From an uncultured bacterium (GTDB taxonomy: Bacteria; Verrucomicrobiota; Verrucomicrobiia; Limisphaerales; UBA8199), in the NCBI GenBank assembly GCA_963749495.1, contig CAVVMW010000012.1:32001-96000 (forward strand): a stretch of DNA of 64,000 nt, in the 5' to 3' direction. This document shows positions 1 through 10,703 of this stretch, piece after piece. Both the position numbers and the translations under genes were made by a program. Below the pieces are notes generated by a model that was not told where the DNA came from, searched no databases, and worked only from the letters and a program-made list of their open reading frames with translations. The stretch's first letter is position 1, and each line of letters starts with the position of its first letter.

Positions 1-2
1 CG

Positions 3-98
3 TTCCGGGCGGCGCAGAGGAACGAGGCTGCCCGGAAGGAGTACGACCGGGAAAAAATCGAGCGGGTCCGCGACAACATACCTCAGCAGCAGCCGTGA
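3..98 (+). CDS. 3' end of an upstream gene (FRAAQRNEAARKEYDREKIERVRDNIPQQQP*), in the position where VirB5/TrbJ usually sits
   Basis: Open frame from the window edge; its TGA overlaps the GTG of the next gene (GTGA at 95-98). Identity inferred from position only. Confidence 0.4.
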   Translation, partial: FRAAQRNEAARKEYDREKIERVRDNIPQQQP

Positions 99-2272
99 AC
101 CGGATCGCCGCCATCCTGGTTGTTGCCGCAGCCCTGCGCGGCACCCCGGTTTTTGCCGCCACCTTGCAAGCCAACGACAAGGGCATTACGCCCGAGCTGG
201 CCAACCAAGTGGCTCAGATCCTCCGGGGCGAATACCAGATGAACACCCCCACGGATGACCAGTTTGCGCTCGATCCCAACCGTGACTACACGACGCTGGA
301 GGGCATGCTCGGGAGCGACCCCAACAACGAGTTCGGCTCGTCCCAGCGGCTGATGGTCCGTTCCTTGTTCGCGTTCGGCGCTTCCATGGACAACGCCGCT
401 TTGTCCTCGATCAAAAACATGTTCAGCGGCGTGCCCCTGCTCAAAGACATCAACATCAACAACACGGACCCCAAGGTCGGGCTCTTGTCCGGATATGTCA
501 TTGTGCCTGTTCTGGTCCGCGTGTTCGCGACGATGGACATTTACTTCACCAACTTCTTCGGCGGAGGCATGTATTACGTCCTTTTTCTGCTGTTCATGGT
601 TACGACAGGGGCGGCCCTCATCCGCCAGTTGCACGAGGGGCGGCTGGATTACGCGTCATGGCTCGGCCGGGCCGTCTTTGCGGTCTTGTGCATGCTTAAG
701 GCCAATGTGCTGTGCAATTATGTGCTGGCGGCCGCCATCGGCATTGCCGCCTGCATCAACGGCGCGATCATCAACGGGATGGTCAGCCAGGAAGGCCTGA
801 ACGATTGGTACCTGAAGGTCTATGGCCCGCAACTGACGCGCAACTGCTACGCCATCATCACCGGGCCTGAGAAAGCGGCGCTGGCCACGGCCTTTTCCGA
901 GCAGCGGGACATGTACAACATCTCCCGTTACATCCTGTTCGAGAACGGCAGCCAAACCGCGACCACGCTGGCGAAGTATCTGGGCGGTTCCCAGGGTTAC
1001 AACTCCGCCGCGGGAGGAACGGACCCGCAGATCAGCGGCACCTCCCTTAAAGAGGCCGCCTCCATGTACTGCCTCATGACCGTTTACAACGTGGGGATGC
1101 AAAACCTAGAGGCCCACCGCAACATGGGCATGGACGACGTGGACGCCGAGGAAGCCGCTTTCAAACTGGCGATCGCCCAGATCTATTACAACAACGACGG
1201 CCTCACGGCCGGCGACCAGTCCCTGATCGATGCCGCCGCTGACACCCTCACGATCCCTGGAGGGACAACCACCTGGGCTTACCTGGCCAACAACACGCTG
1301 GACCCCCAGGCCGCGCAATGGAGCTCCTGGTATCAACAGCCGGCCGTGCTGCAACTGGCGACGGTCACTCAGGTCGCTGGCGGGCGCAGCCCGACCGGAA
1401 CGGGCAGTTCGCTCTGGTCCACGATCATCAGCTGGATCGGCAAAGCCGGCGCCGCAGTTTACAACGTCGTGTCCTGGCTCCCGGCCAAGGTGGCTACATT
1501 CCTCACTCAAGGCGCGCAGCAGGCCTTGCTCCTGGGCGGGATGCTGATCTGGATGATGCTGGGCATTGCGCTGTGCAAGCTCGGCGTGATCCTGGTGGTG
1601 ATGACCAGCCCCTTCATCATGCTGCCCAACACCGCGAAGATCTTTTGGAGCGCCGTCAAGACCATGATCTACCCCTCCATTTACCCGGCCATGCTGATCG
1701 TCATCATGCAGATGCTGGCCGCGCTGACCTCGTGGATTGGGACCATCGCCGGCCTGACGGGGGCCATGGCGCTGATTCTAAGCCAGCTCCCGCTGCTCTT
1801 CGGGTTGGTCACCATTATCGCGCTGCCAAAGATCGTCAAGATCATGCTCGGTGGGGGCAACATTTTCATGGCGCAAATGAATGTTGCCAAAGGAGTCGCC
1901 ATGCTGGCTGCAGCGGCGGCTACCGGCGGCATCGCCGCCGTCGGGCTGGGCGGGGCAGCCGCCGCGGGGGCTGCCGCCAAAGGGGCCGGCGCGGCAGCCT
2001 CGGCAGCCGGCGGTGCAAGTGGCGGGCTCGCCGGCGGCACGCCGCCGGTCATTGCCTGGGGAGGGGCGGCGACCGCCGGGCCCAAGGACCGCGCCCTGCT
2101 GGGCGCCGCCCGGAGCGCGGGCAGGGTCCTTGGCGTCACGGACCGAAAATCTGCCGGGAAGGCTGCACTCTGGGCCGCCGTCGGTGGAGCTCCCGGCCTG
2201 GCGGTCTTCGCCGCCAGCAACGCGATCAAGGGCTACCGCGAGCGCAAACAGGCCAAGGCAAATGAAGCGTAA
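95..2272 (+). CDS. VirB6/TrbL-like polytopic inner-membrane protein of a conjugative T4SS (extended form)
   Basis: Signal-like N-terminus, two clusters of TM helices around a large soluble loop, and a Gly/Ala-rich C-terminal tail (AAAAATGGIAAVGLGGAAAAGAAAKGAG) typical of TrbL/VirB6; close to VirB2-like and VirB4 genes. Confidence 0.65.
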   Translation: MNRIAAILVVAAALRGTPVFAATLQANDKGITPELANQVAQILRGEYQMNTPTDDQFALDPNRDYTTLEGMLGSDPNNEFGSSQRLMVRSLFAFGASMDNAALSSIKNMFSGVPLLKDININNTDPKVGLLSGYVIVPVLVRVFATMDIYFTNFFGGGMYYVLFLLFMVTTGAALIRQLHEGRLDYASWLGRAVFAVLCMLKANVLCNYVLAAAIGIAACINGAIINGMVSQEGLNDWYLKVYGPQLTRNCYAIITGPEKAALATAFSEQRDMYNISRYILFENGSQTATTLAKYLGGSQGYNSAAGGTDPQISGTSLKEAASMYCLMTVYNVGMQNLEAHRNMGMDDVDAEEAAFKLAIAQIYYNNDGLTAGDQSLIDAAADTLTIPGGTTTWAYLANNTLDPQAAQWSSWYQQPAVLQLATVTQVAGGRSPTGTGSSLWSTIISWIGKAGAAVYNVVSWLPAKVATFLTQGAQQALLLGGMLIWMMLGIALCKLGVILVVMTSPFIMLPNTAKIFWSAVKTMIYPSIYPAMLIVIMQMLAALTSWIGTIAGLTGAMALILSQLPLLFGLVTIIALPKIVKIMLGGGNIFMAQMNVAKGVAMLAAAAATGGIAAVGLGGAAAAGAAAKGAGAAASAAGGASGGLAGGTPPVIAWGGAATAGPKDRALLGAARSAGRVLGVTDRKSAGKAALWAAVGGAPGLAVFAASNAIKGYRERKQAKANEA

Positions 2273-2594
2273 AGGTGGTTTCACTTTGGTCGAGATGGTC
2301 ATGATATTGACGGTGATCTTCATCCTGGCCGCGATTGGCGCCTGGAGGGTGGCCAGCCTCAAAGACGCATCGAACCAGGTCGCCCAGGACGACGCCTTGG
2401 CAACCCTGCTGCGGATGCAACAACTGGCTGATATGGAGGGTCTCCAGGAAACTGCGACGGACACCCTGGGCCGCATCCTCGAGCTGCAGAGCCTGCTCGC
2501 CGCCAAGGGCCACTATTACTACCAATTCAACCCGACAAATCTCGCCGCAAAAGTCGCCTACGACGCCGTGCCCCAACAATGGCGCAACCCATGA
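2262..2594 (+). CDS. Type IV pilin-like protein
   Basis: MKRKGG-FTLVEMVMILTVIFILAAIG: class III signal peptide with G|F and E5; ATG overlaps the VirB6-like stop. Confidence 0.85.
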   Translation: MKRKGGFTLVEMVMILTVIFILAAIGAWRVASLKDASNQVAQDDALATLLRMQQLADMEGLQETATDTLGRILELQSLLAAKGHYYYQFNPTNLAAKVAYDAVPQQWRNP

Positions 2595-2881
2595 GAGAAA
2601 TCCTTGTGGCCATGATGAATTGGTTCGCGCGCCCCTTTCCCTCCACCAACGCCGTGGTCTTAAGCATCTTCGCGAGCCTGCTGTTCCTGACCGGGGTGGC
2701 CGTTGCCTGGCATCCTGCGATCACGGAACTCTTCGACATCCTTCAGGCACCCAAGCTGCGAATCGCGTTGCGCATCCTGGCGTTCCTTTTCTTTTCCTGT
2801 TACTGCACTCTCGGCTCGCTCTGCCGCATCCTCATCCAATTCTTTCCAGAAAAGTTCGGCCAGGACCAAGGGCACATATAG
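2591..2881 (+). CDS. Small two-TM membrane protein
   Basis: ATGA overlap with the pilin stop; two hydrophobic segments. Confidence 0.6.
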   Translation: MREILVAMMNWFARPFPSTNAVVLSIFASLLFLTGVAVAWHPAITELFDILQAPKLRIALRILAFLFFSCYCTLGSLCRILIQFFPEKFGQDQGHI

Positions 2882-2888
2882 CGCGCCG

Positions 2889-2914
2889 AATGCGGGCTTG
2901 CTCCCGCATTTTTT
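2889..2914 (+). terminator. Intrinsic terminator
   Basis: AATGCGGG-cttgct-CCCGCATT followed by a T run, just after the stop at 2881. Confidence 0.65.
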
Positions 2915-2946
2915 CGGACGAAGCCGAACACATTTCGCTTGAGAGA

Positions 2947-2956
2947 CCTAGAATGG
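2947..2956 (+). promoter_or_regulatory. CCTAGAATGG -10 box upstream of the VirB2-like gene
   Basis: Copy of the recurring element motif, after a terminator and before the gene. Confidence 0.55.
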
Positions 2957-3021
2957 AGAAGACGGGCCTTGCGATTAAACGAAAGGCCGAAACACAAATG
3001 CAACGCGTAAACGAGATCAAC

Positions 3022-3357
3022 ATGAAAACCTTGGTGCCGAAACTCCTTCTTGGGCTGCTCACCCTGATGCTCCTGGCCAGCCCCCACTTGGCGTGGGCCC
3101 AGACGCAAGGCGGGCTGACCGTCAACAATTTCAAGGACGCCTCCACCGAAAGTTCTGGCTTAACGAACACCCTTTACACGGTAACCCATTACGCCCTCTA
3201 CGTATTTTATCTGTTGGGCATCATCTTCATGGGGATCGCTGCCGTGAAGTTCAAGGGCGGCGACATGGAAGCCATGGGCAAAAACCTCGGCGGCTCCGTC
3301 ATACTCTTCCTGGTGCCGAAGATCGTGGAGACTCTGATCACCTGGGCGGCCAAGTAG
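3022..3357 (+). CDS. VirB2/TrbC-like conjugative pilin
   Basis: About 111 aa, long signal peptide ending AWA-Q, then two hydrophobic helices separated by a short charged loop (KFKGGDMEAMGK). Alternative start at 2998. Confidence 0.65.
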   Translation: MKTLVPKLLLGLLTLMLLASPHLAWAQTQGGLTVNNFKDASTESSGLTNTLYTVTHYALYVFYLLGIIFMGIAAVKFKGGDMEAMGKNLGGSVILFLVPKIVETLITWAAK

Positions 3358-3460
3358 CGGATCCCTGGGCGAAGGCGGCTTGATCACTCGATCACCACGC
3401 CAATCCGGCGAGGACGACCGACCGGGAGTTCTGCCTCCGTGCCACCAGCTGAGTGTCGCT

Positions 3461-4978
3461 TTATTGCCTGACCTGCTTCGGCAGCATCAACCGAATTCCC
3501 CTGTCTTCAGCCTCGTTTGCATCGAGGAAGGCGTGGGTGGCCTGCAAATCCGCGCGGGCCGCATTGAAGTCCTCCCATCGAATGGCGGCGGTGTACCGCT
3601 GCGCAAAATCGAGCACCTGAACAATGGGAGTGCTCTTCCCGGACTGAGAAAGCGCCTTTAACGCGCTGACGTAGTTATCCCGGTAGACGGTGGGAATGAT
3701 GATCTTTTGTTCGTCCTGCGCCACCAGCTCGGCGTTCATCATTATCCGCGCTATTCGCCCATTGCCGTCGACAAAGGGATGAACTTCGCTTACGAGGAGC
3801 ATCATGAAGATGGCTCGATGCAGCGCCAGCTCGAGCCCGCGGTAAATCTCAAACCCCTTTTCGAGGGTTCCCAGTACCAGGTCGGGGGCAACAAAGACCG
3901 TGCTGCCCGCTCGGTTCTCCTTGGACTTGAACTGGCCCGGCATTTTATCGTGCCGCAGCGCCATGCATGCAGCATGGCGCTCCTTTAGAAGCGAGACAAA
4001 GCTGTCAAAATCACGAGGCGTTCGGGCCATCTCCGCGTTGTTGGAAACAATTCGGAAGGTGCCTAGAATATCGTGTGCATCCTCAGGGCGCTCCCGGGGG
4101 ATAACCCCGTGGAAGACGATGTCCACCGCCTCCTCGATGGCAAACTCGGTGCCCTCGATGTAGTTGGAGAAATACGCCTCAAAGAAGGCAAGATTCGTTT
4201 TGGCCGAGTCTGCCATGCGCCCCGCTGGCCTCGTGACCGGGGCCCTGGCCCGCAACTCCTCAAACAACGCTTGGAACGGAGCCAACCGATCCGGGTCATA
4301 CGGCTTCCCTCTTTTGCGCGCCTGCCCCAGGGAAGTTTCGAGCTTTGCCTCCCGCGTCCCAAGGAATGTGCCGATCAGTTCGTCGAGCAAACGGAATTCT
4401 TCCGCCATGGCAAGCTGCCTGCTGGCCTCGCGGGCATCATCCCGTAGCCTGTTGAGAGCCGCTTCTCCACCTTGGCGTAATAAGCTATCGAGCCGTCCCT
4501 CCAGCTCCGACCTGGGCAAAGTCCGCGCCACCTCCGCCCCACGTTTGCGGGACGGTCGCATGTTCTCCAACCAGGCGCGCGGTGCGGAACACAGTCGGAT
4601 ATCGCCCAAAAACGGCAGGTCGTTTTGCAGGGGTGGATGGCCTTTGCGCGGACGAAAGGTGATGCCAGGCAATCTGACTGGCCGTGTTCCGGAGGAGATG
4701 ATGAAAACAGAGCCATCGGCTGCTGGACGGTTTTCAAGTGCCGTCCGATCCGAAATCAGCGCGTCTGGAAAATAATCCTTCAACAGAGCATGCCAGTTCC
4801 TTCTGACGATCCGCTCAGGTGGCTCGGTCATGTTCTTGGTGTAAAGACGGGAGCCGACTTTGCGCAGGCGCCCGGATTTTACGGCCTTGGAGACAGCAGA
4901 GCTCATTGGCTTGCTGGAAACAAAGATCTCCGGCAGGCTGTCCAAACTCAGAGGCGACTTTTTGACGGTTAAAGCCAT
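3461..4978 (-). CDS. fic: Fic-domain protein with N-terminal extension
   Basis: Canonical HPFVDGNGRIAR motif; SNYIEG inhibitory motif upstream of it (class II arrangement). Start chosen at ATG 4978. Confidence 0.9.
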   Translation of the reverse strand: MALTVKKSPLSLDSLPEIFVSSKPMSSAVSKAVKSGRLRKVGSRLYTKNMTEPPERIVRRNWHALLKDYFPDALISDRTALENRPAADGSVFIISSGTRPVRLPGITFRPRKGHPPLQNDLPFLGDIRLCSAPRAWLENMRPSRKRGAEVARTLPRSELEGRLDSLLRQGGEAALNRLRDDAREASRQLAMAEEFRLLDELIGTFLGTREAKLETSLGQARKRGKPYDPDRLAPFQALFEELRARAPVTRPAGRMADSAKTNLAFFEAYFSNYIEGTEFAIEEAVDIVFHGVIPRERPEDAHDILGTFRIVSNNAEMARTPRDFDSFVSLLKERHAACMALRHDKMPGQFKSKENRAGSTVFVAPDLVLGTLEKGFEIYRGLELALHRAIFMMLLVSEVHPFVDGNGRIARIMMNAELVAQDEQKIIIPTVYRDNYVSALKALSQSGKSTPIVQVLDFAQRYTAAIRWEDFNAARADLQATHAFLDANEAEDRGIRLMLPKQVRQ

Positions 4979-4993
4979 CGTGATAGCGAGCAT

Positions 4994-5141
4994 AATCCAC
5001 TTTTTGCTACTTAGCAACAGTTTATTCCACTTTTCGCGGCTTATTTATTCGCGTTGCGGGGAAATTCCACCCACTCCATCGTTCGGACAATAAGCCACGA
5101 AAAGTTGCCTGATGTCCTTGTTAACTAGCAAAAATTGGATT
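4994..5141. repeat. Bipartite imperfect inverted repeat in the fic / 5284-gene intergenic region
   Basis: 4994-5017 pairs with 5118-5141 (21/24) and 5030-5045 pairs with 5089-5104 (15/16); the outer arms contain TTGCTA-N2-TAGCAA-type palindromes. Confidence 0.75.
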
Positions 5142-5283
5142 GGTTTTGGGGCCGGCGAGGATCGATAAGGGACAGCGAACGGCGCTCGTGTCCGACAGGC
5201 TCTTTGGGGACAGGCGAGTGCAGGATGCCTTTCTAACGTCATGGCCACCTTCTACGGGGTGATTTTCGCCAAACGACGAAAAC

Positions 5284-5553
5284 ATGAGCCAAAAGCAAAC
5301 GGTCAAAGTGGTGACCACGAACCTGCCAGGGATGCTCGCCGTCTTGACACCAACTCGTGCCCGCGATTGGAAAATTCGAGAGGGGCCTGATTCGCGGTGC
5401 GGGATCGATTACTACTACGGGCACCGCCAGGGGAGAGAAGCCTACATCAACATTGACCAGGGTCACTTTACGATCAGTGTGGCGGGCGAGGTCCTCTTTA
5501 CGGGCAACCCCGTCGAGGACCCCCGGCTCAAGCGCTTCGTCGTGGAACGGTAG
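5284..5553 (+). CDS. Hypothetical protein
   Basis: 89-aa ORF with globular composition and backbone-like codon usage. Confidence 0.6.
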   Translation: MSQKQTVKVVTTNLPGMLAVLTPTRARDWKIREGPDSRCGIDYYYGHRQGREAYINIDQGHFTISVAGEVLFTGNPVEDPRLKRFVVER

Positions 5554-5838
5554 GGAACACGCCTGCCCGGGAATGCTGTGGACAGGAGCAAAGGCGGATT
5601 TCACGAGCCCCAACCCAATGGTCCAGATTGCCCAGGAGAACGACCGCCATTCCCTAGGAGCTTACCTCACTTTGGGCCCCGTGCCCTCCTGAACGTGGAC
5701 ACCGCCCTGTGGCAAAGGCCCCTTCTGGGGCTGCCGCTCGAACGCATACTCCGTGCTCGGACTCTGCTCTTTGGCCTTGCCCGGACCTCCAGCGCCTGAA
5801 GTGCTCTGGGCGCCAGCGTCATGGTTGGCCTTCAGCCT

Positions 5839-6690
5839 CTAGATGGCCCGCTTCAGCGACTCCTTTTCGCGGTGTTCAGCGGCTTCGCTGACGGTTTTAG
5901 GGCCCGCTTCGCCCATCGGCTCGCTTTTGCCGGGAGCCGCCTGCCGCGCTTCTGTTTGTCTCGGCCGGATCAGCCCTCCCGTCAGCCACATCGAGAAGCC
6001 GACAATAACCATCCATACGCCAGCCCTGGTGAGGAAGCCTGCGAATCCTTGAATGTCTGCTTTTGTTGCTATGTCGTCCGGTCGCGGAGCCCTGAGCGGG
6101 ATTTTGATGAGTGCGGTTACCAATGCCATCACGCCGAACATAAGGATGAAACCCCCAGTGCGCTGGAGCCAAGCGCCAAGTTTAATGGCAACCCTGCCCC
6201 GGTGTTCTTTCAGCGAGACCAGCGCGCACGAGACAAGCATCAAGACAACGCCACCCGGAAGCAACGCGAGTACGCAGGTTCCGCAGAAATAATACGCCAC
6301 CTTCAATATCCCTCGCAAGTCCGTAGGATCCGGATAATTGTTAGTTATCACGATAAGCGCAACCCCCATGACAGCCCCGGCGATTAAGCTCGCGCAGCCT
6401 AACCCGCCCGCAGTAGTATCGAGCTTGGAAACTGCCTTCTTGGGGATCTCCTCCGCTCCCTCTAGCTTGAGGGCTGAAGGCGGGGGCTCAGTGCCAGGGC
6501 TTCGGGCACTGTCCCCGCCCTTGGTGGTGTCTGAGTTGTCGTCGAGGTTCGCCAACGTCGAAACAGAAGCCAGGGATGGCCCCGTTCGCTCGGTAGTCGG
6601 TGATTCCTTTTCGCCCGACCCTTTTCGGTCGGGCTGCAGGCTCAGGGGAGATGGGGGCGCTTCCTGGCGTTTGAGTGGTGAGTCATTCAT
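5839..6690 (-). CDS. Hypothetical membrane protein (disordered N-terminus, about 4 TM helices)
   Basis: Pro/Ser-rich N-terminus followed by four hydrophobic segments. Confidence 0.6.
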   Translation of the reverse strand: MNDSPLKRQEAPPSPLSLQPDRKGSGEKESPTTERTGPSLASVSTLANLDDNSDTTKGGDSARSPGTEPPPSALKLEGAEEIPKKAVSKLDTTAGGLGCASLIAGAVMGVALIVITNNYPDPTDLRGILKVAYYFCGTCVLALLPGGVVLMLVSCALVSLKEHRGRVAIKLGAWLQRTGGFILMFGVMALVTALIKIPLRAPRPDDIATKADIQGFAGFLTRAGVWMVIVGFSMWLTGGLIRPRQTEARQAAPGKSEPMGEAGPKTVSEAAEHREKESLKRAI

Positions 6691-7630
6691 ACAGAGTTTG
6701 AATAGCGGTTGTTCTCGCAGCCCTACGCCGCGGGGACGCACAACTGAGGCAGCGTTGGTCCTGGGTCCCGTGCGGCGACATTGCATTTTGCATTATGGAG
6801 AGTTCGGACCCGCACGTCAATCAAATCCAAATGCCAAGCGCATGCCCAGCAGGCTGCCCACCTTCTGGCCCGTGCGGATGGTTGGAGTATCATGGCCAAG
6901 AGGCAGTCTTTCTCGCCTAACGCTAAGAAAGCAAATTCTCGGTTTCGCGCAAGTCGGCCACGAGCGTCTGCTGAACTAGCCCAGTGCCTGATTTGCCCGA
7001 TGTGGTCCGCAGCCGGCCGGAGCATGATGAAAAAGTTCCGCCGTTTGCGCGCCACCCCCAATAGACGAGAAAGAGTCGGAGGCCTGACGCAGCATCCAGC
7101 ATTTTGCCCTGTTGCCCTCCCACCACCTCGTTCAGCTCGGCGGTTTCGATTATGCCGTCGACGACCTGGCTGAACTGCTGCTTTCCTGGCGGAGCAAACT
7201 CGATGACGCTGATTTGCCGGTCCAGTTCAGTTCGGGGGGCGATGTCATAGGAGTCCTTGACCCGGATGAGGTAGTCTCCGTGGCTGGTGGCCTGGTAATA
7301 ACCCCTGGCGGTGGCGTCCTGGGGGGCGGGCCCATCAGCTCGGAGGCCAGAGGCAGGGCCTCGATGTCTTTGACTTGCGTTTTGATTTCCGTGGAGTGAC
7401 TTGTGTTCCTGGTTTCGCTGGTTGTTCACCTGTTTCTTTACTGCCAACTCTTACGGCTTGAGGTCCCCCTGGCTGCCGCTGTTGGCGTGCCGCCCCGCGC
7501 CCGCCGGCAACAGCGAGTCGGGCCTGGGTTAGCCTGTGGTGACCGGCGTCCTCGAAATGTTCCACGTTCGGGTGATTTTGAATCCCCGACTGGATACCCA
7601 GCCGACTGCCATCCCCGGCATGATATTGGC

Positions 7631-7662
7631 TTGACCGCTAAGGCCGATACGCTCGATAATGG
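7631..7662 (+). promoter_or_regulatory. Sigma70-type promoter (TTGACC-18 nt-GATAAT) close to ATG 7667
   Basis: -35 and -10 matches; ATG lies 6 nt after the -10 hexamer. Confidence 0.45.
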
Positions 7663-7666
7663 GGTT

Positions 7667-10641
7667 ATGACAGCAGCACAGGCCAGATCCCCAGGCTGGG
7701 CTGGAGCGTGCATCGTGCTCCGGCTTCCTTCGGGAACTCGACTCAGAGCGATTGCCTCTTCCACACTGGGCGTGGCCCTGGTGGCTATCGTTCTTAGCGG
7801 GTGCTCCCGTGGATCGTCGGAGAGCAGGTACTCCTGAAGCTGTCGCCAATAGCCTTCTGGAGGGATCGGCTGACACGCCTAGCCTGCCCCGAGGGTCGGT
7901 CGCGAGCGTTCGGAGCGCGGCTGTCCCTTCGCTCATCGCGTGCCTGGACGACAGGCGTCCGGAGGTGCGGGTCCGAGCGGCGAGGGTGCTCGCGCGGATC
8001 GTGGATCCACGGGTGCCACTCGCGTTGAGGGCTCGACCTCAAGGACCCCGAATGCGGTGTTCGTGCCGCCGCTGCGTCAGCGCTGGGAAGCCTCAAGGAT
8101 GCAAGCAGCGTGCGTGCCCTCGTCGCTTGCTTGAATGAGGCGGCTGCAAACCGGAAGAAAGCTGAGGGGGCAATTATTCCTGACTCCGATCCGCTCATCG
8201 AAGGCCTGAGGCGAAAGCTGGCCGCTGAGCCGCACCTCAGCTTGTGTTCCAATATTGTGGAAGCGTTAGCCAACATCGGGGACGCTCCCGCGATTGGGGT
8301 GCTTGTTGAGTCATTGAAAAACCCAAGTCCCGAATTGAGGAGATTTGCTGCACACTCGCTCTTGAGGGCAGGCTACACGACAACGAATGACGGCGAGAGA
8401 ATCTGCCTGCTGATTGCATCTGAAGACTGGCGCGGACTATTGGCTATGGGCAAACGATCGGTTGCCCCTCTTTTTTCCTTTTATACGCAAGAGCACGACT
8501 ACATGGCTCTGCAGACGCTGGCGAAATTCGGTCCCCGAGCGATCGATGAGATCGTCGCGGGCGTCACCAATGTTGACCGTCAGGTGCGCCTTGACGCCAT
8601 CGAGGTCTTGTCGTACATGAAGGATACTAACACTTTGGGACTCCTAATAGCCTGCTTGAAAGACCCAGATGGCGATGTCCGCCAGGCGGCTGCATCCGCC
8701 CTCGGTCGAATAGGAGATACTGCGGCGGTCGGTCCTCTAGCCGACTCCTTGACGGATAATACGTGGAAACAGGCCTGGAGAGCCCTTGAGGCTCTTGGAA
8801 GGCTCGGAGATCCAAGGGCCCTACCTGCAATCGCTCCATTTCTTGTCAGTTCGAATGGGGCCATGCGTAACGAGGCTTGGAGCGCGCTGGAGAAGATAAG
8901 CGGCCCCGAGGCCATGCATTTAGCCATAGGCCTAGTCAACGATTCCAATGAATCAGTGCGCCACGAGGCATTAGAGGCCTTGAACACTCTAGCCAACGAG
9001 GACGCTGTTGGGCCTTTAATTGAGGGCATAAAGAAATACCCTATGGACTGTGGTAGGTACGCGGCGGTGCTGCAAAAGCTCGGTAGATCACCGTTGCATG
9101 AGCTAGTCGAACTTCTAAAAGATGCCCCTCCGTCCGCTGGGCCACAGGCAATACGTGCGTTAGAAAGGCTCGGGCAGCCAGCGATTGAGCCGCTCACGAG
9201 ATTCCTCGAGCACCCCGCCAAGGAGGTCAGGGAACAGGTTGCGCGTGCCCTTTCGAGCCTTGGGGGAATCCCTTCCAGCGCCGACCGGCGAGCGCAATAC
9301 TTCCTAGCCCTAAATGCCGACTGGGAGGTATTAAAGATCGGCAAGCCCGCCGTGCCACTCTTGGCCTCCTACTTGACCAACGATGAACCTAGCCTGCGGA
9401 ACCGCTCAGCAGCACTCCTGGCACAAATGGGTTTCGTCCCGGCCGATGAGGTGGCGAAGGCGAAGTCCGTCGCAATTTTGATGGCCTGCCTGACGAACGC
9501 TGACTTGGGGGACAGCGGCGTTGTTGTCGGTGCTATCGATTTCGATTACCTGAGTACGTTCGGACAAAACCCCGCGAGGGATAGAACAATGCGCAGGCGC
9601 TCCGCGATTGGGGACACGGCTGCCGGCTTGGCTGTGCTCGGAGAACAACAGGCCGTGCGACCCTTGATTGCCTTCCTTGATGACGCGGATCCCTGTATAC
9701 GCGAATACGCTGCGAAGGCCTTGGGAAAACTGGGTGACGCAAGGGCTGTTCGGCCTTTGGTTGCTTGTCTGAAAGCCGCGTATTCTGAAGCTCGCAAGCA
9801 CCCACTGAGGACCGAGTCGTTTGAGACCGCCAACGGTAACATTGACGCCGGCGCCTTCCTGAGGGCAAGAAGCGAGGATCCCTGGGTAACCGGATGGGAG
9901 ACCGTTCGCGACGCAGTCACGAATGCATTAACCCAACTCGGCAAGCCTGTCGTTGACGCGTTGGTTGAATGCTTGAGCGATGGAGAGTGGAGTGTAAGAA
10001 AGGATGCAGGTTTAGCGCTCCAGAGACTAGGCTTCACTGCCCCGAGCCCGGACGACGAGGCCCGGTACTTCGTTGCTACGGGGCAGTGGGATCGTCTGAG
10101 GAGGCTGGGCAGCGCGGCCCCCGCTGCACTAAACGATTGTTTCTCCTGCGATGAGGTCGCAGTTCGGCGGAGGGCCATCGAGACGCTCGAGGCAATCGGA
10201 AGCGAAGAAGCCGTGACCGTCCTGAAGTCGGCGATGCCCGATTGGGAAATCAACGAAGACTTGGGAGCGGCTCTGGACCGCATGGGCTGGCGGCCTCGCA
10301 CGGAGCAAGAGAGGGTCTATCTGTGGATATGCAAGCATGAACGTGCAGCTCTGGAGCGTGCCTGGCCAATGACCGAGAAGATCCTTTTGGACGACGTAAG
10401 GTCTCGGCAGGCAAAGAGGCTGGAGAATGCCGTCCTTACATTCATCTGCATGGGCAAAGAGAAAATGATAGCAGAGTTGGTCCGAATCCTCAGCGATAGC
10501 GGCTATAAGGAGATGGCAGAAACCTATTTGAACTGCGGGCACAGCCATCTGGCCGCAGCCGCGCGAGAGTGGGCGAAAAACCACGGGTACAACATCATTT
10601 CGCGCCAGGGGAGCCACAAGGCATCTTGGAACGCGTGGTAG
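7667..10641 (+). CDS. HEAT/PBS-lyase-repeat protein, probably a lipoprotein; two frameshifts (about 7830 and 8030)
   Basis: Many LxDxxxxVRxxAAxALGxIGDxxAVxPL repeats in 8110-10641. HEAT repeats continue upstream in other frames (LIACLDDRRPEVRVRAARVLA; LKDPECGVRAAAASALG), and a lipobox (VAIVLSGC) lies in the frame from ATG 7667. Confidence 0.8.
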
Positions 10642-10690
10642 ATCCTGGCCAGCGTTCGAGTAGAAGAAGGTGGGGAATGCCCCGAACGAG

Positions 10691-10700
10691 CCTATAATGG
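10691..10700 (+). promoter_or_regulatory. CCTATAATGG -10 box, 3 nt before the virB4 ATG (leaderless)
   Basis: Perfect TATAAT; no Shine-Dalgarno or -35 visible. Confidence 0.65.
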
Positions 10701-10703
10701 GGT

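Noticed and set aside
2960..2995. GGCC...GAAAGGCCGAAAC resembling a hammerhead ribozyme stem II
   Set aside because: The required CUGAnGA core is absent; probably just a leader hairpin.
6923..7447. Minus-strand ORF with protein-like middle (ARGYYQATSHGDYLIRVKDSYDIAP)
   Set aside because: No recognisable family, unclear start and probable frameshifts; may be a gene remnant but cannot be supported.
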